NCBI RefSeq assembly: GCF_000341395.1
Contig: NC_020304.1
Location: 3,060,001-3,092,000, forward strand
Direction: 5' to 3'
Source: Desulfocapsa sulfexigens DSM 10523
Lineage (GTDB): Bacteria > Desulfobacterota > Desulfobulbia > Desulfobulbales > Desulfocapsaceae
DNA: 32,000 nucleotides
The translations under genes and the position numbers were made by a program. The notes beneath the pieces are model-generated. The model had not been told where the DNA came from. It made no database searches and was given only the letters and a program-made list of their open reading frames with translations. This document shows, piece after piece, positions 9,100 through 17,558 of this stretch. Each line of letters opens with the position of its first letter. Position 1 is the first letter of the stretch.

Positions 9100-10143
9100 T
9101 TGGTTAACCTAACATTGGGATGGAAGGCTATGCGCCACATTTTGAACACAGGACAGACCCATTGTTACAGCGACGTGGGAGAGCAAATCAATTGCCATTT
9201 CAGCGGACAAGATGCTGATTTGCGGATCGGTGTGTCTTGGCCGACTGTTCGTTATAAACTGCAAAAAGAGGTCGTAATTGACCGTCTCACCGGTCTTGCC
9301 TGGACCAGAAATGCCAATATCGGCACCTTTCCCTGCACCTGGCAAGAGTCGTTTGAAAAGATAAGAAAATTAAACCAAGAATATTACGGAGGCTACAGTG
9401 ACTGGCGACTGCCAAATCGCAATGAGCTGCGCAGCCTGGTGAGCTACCAAACTAAAAAACCGTCCTTGCCAGACGGGAACCCCTTTCTCAATGTTTTTCT
9501 GGGGTGGTACTGGTCCTCGACCACGGCAGTGATTAACCCGGCCTATGCCTGGTCCCTCCACCTCGAAGGAGCGCGTATGTTTTATGGCCGGAAAAACCAG
9601 TATCAGCTTTTTTGGCCTGTGCGTGGGCAATCTGCAGTTTTACCTGCGACAGGCCAGAAGAAATGCTATGATGAATCAGGACATACAATAGACTGCCTGG
9701 ATACCGGCCAGGATGGAGAACTGCTGCTGGGAAACGACTGGCCACGACCCCGGTTTACAGTAGAATCCGGAGTGATCCATGATCGGTTGACCGGGCTGGG
9801 TTGGGCTGCTCATAGTGATATGACTGGTGGCTCTGTCAGCTGGCCTGAGGCCTTTGATGCCGTTCAACAGGCGAACAGGGAAAAGCTGGACGGCTTGTCT
9901 TCCTGGCGCCTGCCGAATATCAATGAACTGACTTCACTTGTTGACTGCAGTCGCCATACTCCTGCATTACCGAAAGGCCATCCTGTTCAGGGGATGAAGG
10001 ATGGTTACTGGTCCTCAACCACCAGTTTTTTTGAGACCGACTGGGCATGGGTCCTGTACTTGAACAAAGGAGCCTGCGGGGTTGGCCATAAACCGGGGAA
10101 CCACTTTCACGTCTTACCTGTGACAACACTCGCATTCACCTGA
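9100..10143 (+). CDS. DUF1566/Lcl C-terminal domain-containing protein, two tandem domain copies (start possibly 9130)
   Basis: Two copies of the pattern DRLTGLAWxxx...W...ANxxx..GxSDWRLPNxNELxSLV...F..W.YWSSTT...A/WAWxLxxxxG. Confidence 0.8.
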   Translation: MVNLTLGWKAMRHILNTGQTHCYSDVGEQINCHFSGQDADLRIGVSWPTVRYKLQKEVVIDRLTGLAWTRNANIGTFPCTWQESFEKIRKLNQEYYGGYSDWRLPNRNELRSLVSYQTKKPSLPDGNPFLNVFLGWYWSSTTAVINPAYAWSLHLEGARMFYGRKNQYQLFWPVRGQSAVLPATGQKKCYDESGHTIDCLDTGQDGELLLGNDWPRPRFTVESGVIHDRLTGLGWAAHSDMTGGSVSWPEAFDAVQQANREKLDGLSSWRLPNINELTSLVDCSRHTPALPKGHPVQGMKDGYWSSTTSFFETDWAWVLYLNKGACGVGHKPGNHFHVLPVTTLAFT

Positions 10144-10620
10144 CATCGTAACAGGCAAACAAAAATTCAAGAGTATTATAACGGAAACCTGTATTCCTGA
10201 CATACGCTACCCCTTCAGGCTGTCCAAGCCTGTCCTAACCCTGATTCGCGCCTTGGAGGTAGGGGCAGGAACATCCATCATACACCAGATGACAGGCAAT
10301 GATCCTCTCAGTACCCTGGTGACGGAAGTCGCAGTAGAAGAGTCCATTGCTTACACATTTACTCCCCTTCCTCCGATTATGCCGCCAAACCCGATGATGG
10401 CCAGAAGGTGGAATAATATGGCCAAAGAACCAACACGAGCATGGAGAGATGCTCGTCTTTATCGGCCTGTTGACCCATGAGTTTGATTTACTCCGACCCT
10501 ATTTGCCAGGAAACCAGCCATAAATCGGTTTATGTTGAGTTTAATGAGCAATTAGCTCCATATGTATGAAACGGGAAATTACGCAGAATTATTTACAGGC
10601 TAGCAGGGAGTTACCTTTAT

Positions 10621-11712
10621 CTATGAATCTTTCTTCTCGTCGATTCTCTGAAGCCCCTCCATCATCATCCCCATGAATCCACCGATGGGTTGGGCTTTGT
10701 CAAGTACGTCGGGAACCCCCCTAGTGTAACTGAAATGACCACTCCTCATCCCAAGAAGTTCATAAATCACATGCTTACCGCGAAACTCCAGGTAACGGGC
10801 GTAGACGATTTCTCCCTCTTTAAAAAAAACCATTCCCCGTCCTTTGTCCAGGGCAAGATCCAGGGTTCCTGTTTTCCTGGAAGAGTTAATCAGCTGTAGA
10901 AGATCAACCGGTGATACCTCGGAAAGTTCTCCGGTCATTCCCGAGCTAATCTCGCCTGACTTAAGCGCAACTTTCTGTGCCTGGTCCACCAGCAATTTAA
11001 ATAAGAACATCTGAAGCACAGGGAATTTTTTCAGTATTGCTTTGAAATTCTTAATACTGAGCACTGCCATTTGTGTTGTTTTAACAGAAAAAATAGAGTG
11101 CACAAACGGCTCTGTTGAAAGCAGGCTCATTTCACCAAACATTTCCCCTTCTCCAATTTCAGCCAGCTGACTACCATCGTCAGCTTTTCTTTCTACCAGA
11201 CCCCTTAATATTATGAAAAAATTGGTACCAGGAGTTCCTTTTTTCACGACCACCTTGCCAAAGGGAATACTTTTGAATTCAAGGAGCATTATGAGATCTC
11301 TCAGGGAATCATCTTCAAGAGATTTAAATAAATTAAGCGCACGCATAACTCCAAAGTACCTTTCAAGATGCTTTTTTCGACGAATTTCTTCGGCCTCTTC
11401 GAGTAATTTCATCTGCAATGTGGCAAAATCCTTATCTCTCTTGTGCTCAAAAAATATTTTTCCAACACAGCCACCGCAATCATATCTGGATTTCTGGACG
11501 GATACTTTTGAAAATGCACCGAAATTTTCCTTTTTTGAGGCGACAATGGATGCAATTTTCCCGGCAAGATACAGGCAACCCGGTTTATAGGCTGACATCG
11601 TCAAGCCAGAGCTTTCAACTTTGATTTCATCACCCACACTGTAAAATGGGCATGACTCTTCGGCGACTATGATGAATATCGCATCAGAAAATGTATCTTC
11701 TTTTTTATCCAT
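10621..11712 (-). CDS. Cyclic nucleotide-binding domain plus DUF4388 (PATAN-type) protein
   Basis: CNB segment GTPGTNFFIILRGLVERKADDGSQLAEIGEGEMFGEMSLLSTEP; DUF4388-like GELSEVSPVDLLQLINSSRKTGTLDLALDKGRGMVFFKEGEIVYARYLEFRG. Confidence 0.85.
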   Translation of the reverse strand: MDKKEDTFSDAIFIIVAEESCPFYSVGDEIKVESSGLTMSAYKPGCLYLAGKIASIVASKKENFGAFSKVSVQKSRYDCGGCVGKIFFEHKRDKDFATLQMKLLEEAEEIRRKKHLERYFGVMRALNLFKSLEDDSLRDLIMLLEFKSIPFGKVVVKKGTPGTNFFIILRGLVERKADDGSQLAEIGEGEMFGEMSLLSTEPFVHSIFSVKTTQMAVLSIKNFKAILKKFPVLQMFLFKLLVDQAQKVALKSGEISSGMTGELSEVSPVDLLQLINSSRKTGTLDLALDKGRGMVFFKEGEIVYARYLEFRGKHVIYELLGMRSGHFSYTRGVPDVLDKAQPIGGFMGMMMEGLQRIDEKKDS

Positions 11713-11866
11713 TAATTACCTCATTACTTAATGTCTGTCTGGTAATAGCGTTGTACGCCAGATCGTTAAAACGATACAGTATTTAGGGGGGGCAAAAAAA
11801 ATGTAACAGAAGTAGTTTTTTTGTCCGGTCATTAATAACAATCTGCTGGTTTTAAATAGTTGGTAT

Positions 11867-11901
11867 AAAAAAAGGCAGAATCAAATGAATGACTCTGCCT
11901 T
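11867..11901 (-). terminator. Rho-independent terminator of the minus-strand PEP-CTERM gene
   Basis: Minus strand: aaggcagagtcattcatttgattctgccttttttt. Confidence 0.85.
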
Positions 11902-11933
11902 AGAAAAAGATGGAATTGTATGTGAGGAACGTA

Positions 11934-12656
11934 TCACTTTTTCTTCTTACGAAGTCTAAAACCTATAAGACCAGCAAAACCTGTTCCCAAAAGAAGCATA
12001 GTTGCAGGTTCTGGAACCGGGGCAATGTCATTTTCATACATCAAGTTATCTGTATCTGCTCGAAAGGTCAAATAGTCCCCTACGCCAAAATAGCCCTGAT
12101 AATTAGCAGCTGTGCTGGTAAAATCAATATTAAGATATCGATACAAATCTCCTACTGGCGCAGCGCCGCCTATTTGTACAGCTCCACTATAAGTAGCGGT
12201 AATATCAAAATTTCCAGTAGAGTTCGTTACCGTGAATGGGTAACCTGCCCCTGAATTAGCAGTACCTTCTGTCTCTTTCAAGACGTCAAATACTGCATTG
12301 CCTGTTCCGGCATCAATGAAGATACTTTGTATTGTCTTACTAGTATATGGTTCCAGGATACCTAGCACCCAGGATTGAGAATATGAATCCCCTATAGAAC
12401 CAAGTGTGAAGCCACCTAAATCAGACACTCCTCCAGCCAGGCCACCAGGACTGGACCATGTGAAGTCGGATATGCTATCGTCTCCCCAGGTAACTTTTAC
12501 GGACATTCCTGCCATCATGTCAAAAGTTGTTGCGTAGGCGTAAACTCCAGCAGTCGTCTGTGCAGGGGAGGGAAGGTAATTAACAGTAAGAGCATTTGCA
12601 TTACTGCCCCATACCAATAAAAACATTACTGAAAAAACGATTAAAATGTTTTTCAT
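11934..12656 (-). CDS. PEP-CTERM sorting domain-containing protein
   Basis: Signal peptide; C-terminus APVPEPATMLLLGTGFAGLIGFRLRKKKK; upstream GGAGGG RBS on the minus strand. Confidence 0.9.
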   Translation of the reverse strand: MKNILIVFSVMFLLVWGSNANALTVNYLPSPAQTTAGVYAYATTFDMMAGMSVKVTWGDDSISDFTWSSPGGLAGGVSDLGGFTLGSIGDSYSQSWVLGILEPYTSKTIQSIFIDAGTGNAVFDVLKETEGTANSGAGYPFTVTNSTGNFDITATYSGAVQIGGAAPVGDLYRYLNIDFTSTAANYQGYFGVGDYLTFRADTDNLMYENDIAPVPEPATMLLLGTGFAGLIGFRLRKKKK

Positions 12657-12981
12657 TTAAGACCCTCCATACTGTCCAAGATGAACGACAGTCTGTCAAT
12701 GACACATCTTTGGTATTCGTTCCTGCGTTTCAATAGGTTCGGCATTTTCTTTTAATGGATACTAATAATATATCATATGATAAACCTATTTGCATAGGTA
12801 TAAATGCCTATTTTATCGTAAAAGTTTAATTTTACCACTTTGTGGCAGTTTGGTGGTGTGTGTTATGCTAACTGTCAGGGATACGTCCTGGATCTGTCAG
12901 TTTTTATCAATCTTCAGTGCAAAAGTGTCTTTAAAGGTTCCTCAAAAAAAAAGAGATATGAGAGAGAAATTGGTTGAGTAA

Positions 12982-13839
12982 TTACATTTTTCCAAAAAGA
13001 ATTCTTTCTTCTTTGAAACGAATGGTACCTCCTTCCAGAAAAATACGAACTATATGAATACTCATATCGTTGCTGCCAAAATTTTCATAATAGAGAAACA
13101 TGTTATCGTCGTTGGAATGATTGCAAGAGGACAGGCTACCGCACATAAAATGGAAAAAGGTGTGTCCATGATAGAGATCGGTTGTCCGCATCAATTCAAG
13201 TTCGTGGGTATGACCACAAAAGACATATTCAATTTTATGCTTTTGAACAAAGTCAATCAGGACGGAGGAGTTTTTCAGAGGGCACTCATCGGTACCCAAA
13301 ATGGAATGATGGGTCAAAAGCAGTGGCAGGTCATATTCCAACCGGTTGATTCTCTCTGAAACTACATCCAGAACCTCTTTTTCCACAAAGCCATCATCGC
13401 TGTAGAGTTCATTGGAATCAATGTTGATGATCAATACAGACTTTCCATTAATTGAAATGGATTTAATAAAATTTATATCGGTAAAGTTTTCACGAACCTT
13501 AGTTATTTCCCGGTTCAAAAAAAGGTGTTTCTTTTGGGTTTGTACTGATTCAGGGATGTGGATGATTTCGGTATTATAAATGTATTTTTGAAAGAGTTCA
13601 TGGGAACGCATATTTCTTTTGTCATGATTACCGATGGTGGATAAGACGTCTTTGCATTTGATACCAGCCAGGAAAAGCCCTGCTGCAATATATTCATCCT
13701 CCAGGCCATCTGTTGTGCTATCTCCAGTGTTGATAACGATATCGGCATTAAAGGAATTTAACTTTTCCAGTAGAATCTGATCATCTCCCTCCCAGTGTCG
13801 GGGGCCGAAATGCAGATCAGAAATGTGTAAAATATTCAT
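12982..13839 (-). CDS. Calcineurin-like metallophosphoesterase
   Basis: MNILHISDLHFG, NTGDSTTDG, STIGNHDKRN, LLLTHHSI, YVFCGHTHELEL. Confidence 0.92.
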   Translation of the reverse strand: MNILHISDLHFGPRHWEGDDQILLEKLNSFNADIVINTGDSTTDGLEDEYIAAGLFLAGIKCKDVLSTIGNHDKRNMRSHELFQKYIYNTEIIHIPESVQTQKKHLFLNREITKVRENFTDINFIKSISINGKSVLIINIDSNELYSDDGFVEKEVLDVVSERINRLEYDLPLLLTHHSILGTDECPLKNSSVLIDFVQKHKIEYVFCGHTHELELMRTTDLYHGHTFFHFMCGSLSSCNHSNDDNMFLYYENFGSNDMSIHIVRIFLEGGTIRFKEERILFGKM

Positions 13840-14082
13840 GTATAATTCCTTTTGGAACTAGAGATTTGCAAAGCATTAGTTGAGTACACGAAACAGGTAA
13901 ATACAGACTTAGGTACGCTTCGTCGATTCTATCCAAGAAGGAGTCCTCATTCTAAATGAAATATCTGCCAATTAAAAAAAACAATATCAGAAAACTCATA
14001 TCAAAAATATGTTACCTCTAGCAGTATAAAAAGCTGCAACTGAATACAACTTTCATTGGTCGTTGTGTTATAAAATACAAAA

Positions 14083-14114
14083 AAAGGCAGGGCCAAATTA
14101 ATGGCACTGCCTTT
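14083..14114 (-). terminator. Rho-independent terminator
   Basis: Minus strand: aaaggcagtgccattaatttggccctgcctttttttg. Confidence 0.7.
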
Positions 14115-14213
14115 GTTTCAATACGAATTTACAAGTATACCTATCTTGTTTTGATATGCTAATTCTTTAAAATTACAATCATTTGATCTAAATAGACAGC
14201 CAAGTTAACATGT

Positions 14214-14333
14214 CTAGTTATTATTCAAAAGCCCTTTGGATTCTTTCTTGGCTTTCTTTGCAGCTTTTTTTTCTTTTGGAGTCATTGCCGGTTTTTTCTT
14301 ACCTGCTTTAATGCTTTTTTGTTCTTTACTCAT
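14214..14333 (-). CDS. 39-aa lysine-rich basic small protein
   Basis: MSKEQKSIKAGKKKPAMTPKEKKAAKKAKKESKGLLNNN, with AAGGAG RBS upstream on the minus strand. The tracked ORF 14214-14489 starts upstream of this better-supported start. Confidence 0.6.
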   Translation of the reverse strand: MSKEQKSIKAGKKKPAMTPKEKKAAKKAKKESKGLLNNN

Positions 14334-14491
14334 GTTTTTTTTACTCCTTAATAATTGAAGGTTGATAATCAAGTCAACCATTACAGTGCTGTCTATCTGC
14401 GCTTGGTTGAGGGGTGTTGTTTGTAACTGTATGACACGAAACCTGTGGACTTTTGTAGGTAACCTTATCCTGCCAGGCAACGCATACATGC

Positions 14492-15766
14492 TTATGATCT
14501 TTTTACTCCATCCTCTACCAGCGACTGCTCAATGTCGTTGATCAAATGCATATTTTCGGCCATGATCACAACATTAAAACCGCCAGTAACAGACAACTCC
14601 TTGCAGTTAAGGGGGAGTACAGAATTTAATGTACTGCCGTCATAGAGATGGGGTGCAAGACGATCGGCAAGTTCTGGAAATGAACAGGGCGAGGTTGCTG
14701 TTTTGATGAACTTCCAGAAAGGAACAGGCGTTGCGCTCAACTGCTCTATGTTGTTCACAACCATACTCACATAAGATGACCCATTAAACCGGGCATTGTT
14801 TTCCACTGGAAACACACCGTCTTCACAGACGATATAATCAATTCCTATTACTCCACAATACCCGGATTTAGCCATATCTGTGACGATAAGGTGTGAGGTG
14901 TTATGGATATAGTCATAGATATTTGGGTCTAGTTGTTGACCTTTTATATTGCCAACCCAGACTAATCCCTGTTCGCATACCTGATCCAATATGCCAAAGT
15001 GATCGATAGATCCATCCCGACCAATCGCCCATTGATCATTAGGAGTTGAAGTGACGTCAAGAAAGGGCTCAATAAGTACCTGGTTTTCACCACTATCGGC
15101 AATCTCATGATACAAATCCTCTAAATCCACACCAGTTGTTTTGTATAGGGAATAGGCAGATTCAGCAAGAGTCCCACGAATGATCACGCTTTTGTTGCTC
15201 ACGAGGTGACGCCTTATAATAGCGATCATTTCGTGGCTGTTTTCTTTGTCTTCTGGATGGAGAGTAAATGTGTCTCCAGCAACAACGGGGATTTCCAGCT
15301 GTTGGCATATGGCTTTAAACTTACCTTTGTCGTTGTATTTCTGAGCAACCGCCTGAGAAGTGCCAAAGTGTTCGGCACCAAGGATTTTGGCAGCCTTTTC
15401 TTCCAAATATCCACTGAACCATGGTGTGTAGACAGGTTTCTGACCCAAGTGTTCGATAACTTTCAATACTGGTCCGGGATCTTCAATAATAAGCTCAGTG
15501 AGGCTTGTATCCGTGGACAAAGCATTATATTCTATGACATGGTTGCTTCCCAGACTACATGAGCGTAACCAGTCATAGTAATCGTGGTCCAAGGAAGTAC
15601 GCAAAATCACCAAGTCATCTGGACCAGCTGCCGCAACTGCCCTGTCACATTTTGAATGTACTGAAGCATCACGTCTAGGAAACTGAGAGAAACTATCAGC
15701 CCCATAGATCACAAGTTCATTGGTATTATCGGAAATGCATTTTCTAAGAGATTTAGAGGCTGTCAT
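14492..15766 (-). CDS. ATP-grasp domain-containing protein, last gene of a four-gene operon
   Basis: KYNDKGKFKAICQQLEIPVVAGDTF, NQVLIEPFLDV, GYCGVIGIDYIVCEDGVFPVENNARFNGSSYV: ATP-grasp core layout. Confidence 0.8.
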   Translation of the reverse strand: MTASKSLRKCISDNTNELVIYGADSFSQFPRRDASVHSKCDRAVAAAGPDDLVILRTSLDHDYYDWLRSCSLGSNHVIEYNALSTDTSLTELIIEDPGPVLKVIEHLGQKPVYTPWFSGYLEEKAAKILGAEHFGTSQAVAQKYNDKGKFKAICQQLEIPVVAGDTFTLHPEDKENSHEMIAIIRRHLVSNKSVIIRGTLAESAYSLYKTTGVDLEDLYHEIADSGENQVLIEPFLDVTSTPNDQWAIGRDGSIDHFGILDQVCEQGLVWVGNIKGQQLDPNIYDYIHNTSHLIVTDMAKSGYCGVIGIDYIVCEDGVFPVENNARFNGSSYVSMVVNNIEQLSATPVPFWKFIKTATSPCSFPELADRLAPHLYDGSTLNSVLPLNCKELSVTGGFNVVIMAENMHLINDIEQSLVEDGVKRS

Positions 15767-15776
15767 CCTGTATTTT

Positions 15777-16436
15777 TCAGCTGGCCTGGCTAATCAATAA
15801 TTTCCAGCCATAAATAAATGTTATGAGCAAAGAGTAAATCATGAGAACGTAATACCAACGACCCGACAACTTAGGGGTTTTGATTGGGGCCACGTTCATG
15901 GCAGCAAATACAATAAGGATGATATAGAGAGTGATAGAGGCAAAAGGTTGGTCAAGCATACCGATAAATAGAAAGACAAAGGGCAAAATAATCGCATTGT
16001 TGTCCATTGCCAGCCCCATGTAGGTTGACTCACCAACCAGGCCAAATACATTGAAATAACTAAGTCGGAGTACCCCGGCTGCTACGATAAGAAAAGCTCC
16101 AGGCAGGAACCAGGGGCTGAAGTTCCCGTAACTGAGCAATATAACCGCCGGGCAGATGCCAAAACTGATAATATCAATCAATGAATCGAGTTGTCCCCCG
16201 AAATTCCGTTGGTTTTCGTTCCGACCGTTCATGTTACGGGCGATAATGCCATCAGTCCAGTCAAAGAATACTGCCCAGATCAGGCCAATCATAGCGGCAG
16301 AAAAGACACCTAGAATCGCATAATACATAGACAGAACTGCGCATAAAAGTCCCACCAAAGAACATATATTTGGAAGATCTTGAGCAAAAGAGAGTATGGA
16401 AGGGGAGGGTTCCGATAAATTTGTACCTGACATCAT
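15777..16436 (-). CDS. CDP-alcohol phosphatidyltransferase family protein
   Basis: Signature WTDGIIARNMNGRNENQRNFGGQLDSLIDIISFGICP (DGxxAR...GxxxDxxxD); multiple TM segments. Confidence 0.9.
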   Translation of the reverse strand: MMSGTNLSEPSPSILSFAQDLPNICSLVGLLCAVLSMYYAILGVFSAAMIGLIWAVFFDWTDGIIARNMNGRNENQRNFGGQLDSLIDIISFGICPAVILLSYGNFSPWFLPGAFLIVAAGVLRLSYFNVFGLVGESTYMGLAMDNNAIILPFVFLFIGMLDQPFASITLYIILIVFAAMNVAPIKTPKLSGRWYYVLMIYSLLITFIYGWKLLISQAS

Positions 16437-17536
16437 TCTATCTCCAAACCAATAACAGCTTGCAATGCTTCGACCAAACGCAGATTCTCAGGTTGGGTAC
16501 GGCTCGCTATCCGGAGATATCGCTCAGATTCCGGCATTGTCTTACCCTGACAGTGCTTTATATAAATAGTATGTTCTAGAAAAAGTTTTTTAGTTATTTC
16601 TGGACCGGATGCCGCATGGTCAGGTAATCGACAAAAAATATAATTGGCATCAGGATGATAAACTGTCATTCCGGGAATTGCCTTGAGTTGTTTATAAAAG
16701 AGGTCGCGATCTGCTTTGACCTTGTTGCAGCTTTCAGTAAATTTCTGTCGATACTGTGGAGCAAGACGGAGGAATTCCTCAGCGAAACCATTAATATTCC
16801 AAATGTGAATTTCCTGACGAATTTTTGACGCAAAATCCTGGTTCGCTGTTAGCATGTACCCTATTCTGATGCCGCAGATACCATAGGCCTTACTCATGCT
16901 TTTGAAAATTGTTAGATTTGGATATTTCTCAATGTCCTGCTCAAGAGTTTCCTGGTCACCATTTCCTGCAAAATCAATGAAAGATTCATCAACGATGAGC
17001 ATGCAGTCGTAGGCTGCTAATTTCTCAAGCAAACGGATAATCTCTTTTTTGGGAATCAGCAATGAAGTGGGGTTGTTGGGGCTGACTACCACTGCCAATC
17101 CTGCCTTGCACCGGATTGCCTCTGCTGCGAATTTATCAACATCCAGCTGAAAGGAAGGCGCCTCAAGCGGAAACTCAACTACGTTTCCAGCTGGCATGGC
17201 ATTGGCGTATTCATTGAACGACGGCACCGGTACAATTAATTTACGATTCATCCCAGCTATAATTTTAATAAGCTCTGCAGCTCCGTTGCCAACCACAATA
17301 CACTCAGGCGGCTGGCCAATCAGGTCGCCTATCAGGCAGGCCAAATCGTGCTGCCCCATTGGGTAGTTTAAAACCAATTGATGTATGTGACTGGTAATAT
17401 GTGTGAAAAAAGATTCTGGCGGGAAGTAAAGGTTGTATAGGTAGTTGTGATCGATAAAATCATGCCGCCAAAAGCCGCCATGCTGGCTGGTGATATATTC
17501 GTAGCGTTCTTTATTTGTCGAGTATTTTTTTGTCAT
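16433..17536 (-). CDS. PLP-dependent aminotransferase class I/II (HisC/CobD-like; PntC-associated AT type)
   Basis: VVVSPNNPTSLLIP, MLIVDESFIDFAG, FKSMSKAYGICGIRIGYM with the predicted PLP lysine, YLRIASRT; ATGA overlap with the downstream gene. Confidence 0.9.
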   Translation of the reverse strand: MTKKYSTNKERYEYITSQHGGFWRHDFIDHNYLYNLYFPPESFFTHITSHIHQLVLNYPMGQHDLACLIGDLIGQPPECIVVGNGAAELIKIIAGMNRKLIVPVPSFNEYANAMPAGNVVEFPLEAPSFQLDVDKFAAEAIRCKAGLAVVVSPNNPTSLLIPKKEIIRLLEKLAAYDCMLIVDESFIDFAGNGDQETLEQDIEKYPNLTIFKSMSKAYGICGIRIGYMLTANQDFASKIRQEIHIWNINGFAEEFLRLAPQYRQKFTESCNKVKADRDLFYKQLKAIPGMTVYHPDANYIFCRLPDHAASGPEITKKLFLEHTIYIKHCQGKTMPESERYLRIASRTQPENLRLVEALQAVIGLEIE

Positions 17537-17558
17537 TAATCTCTTTATTGGTGATGGA

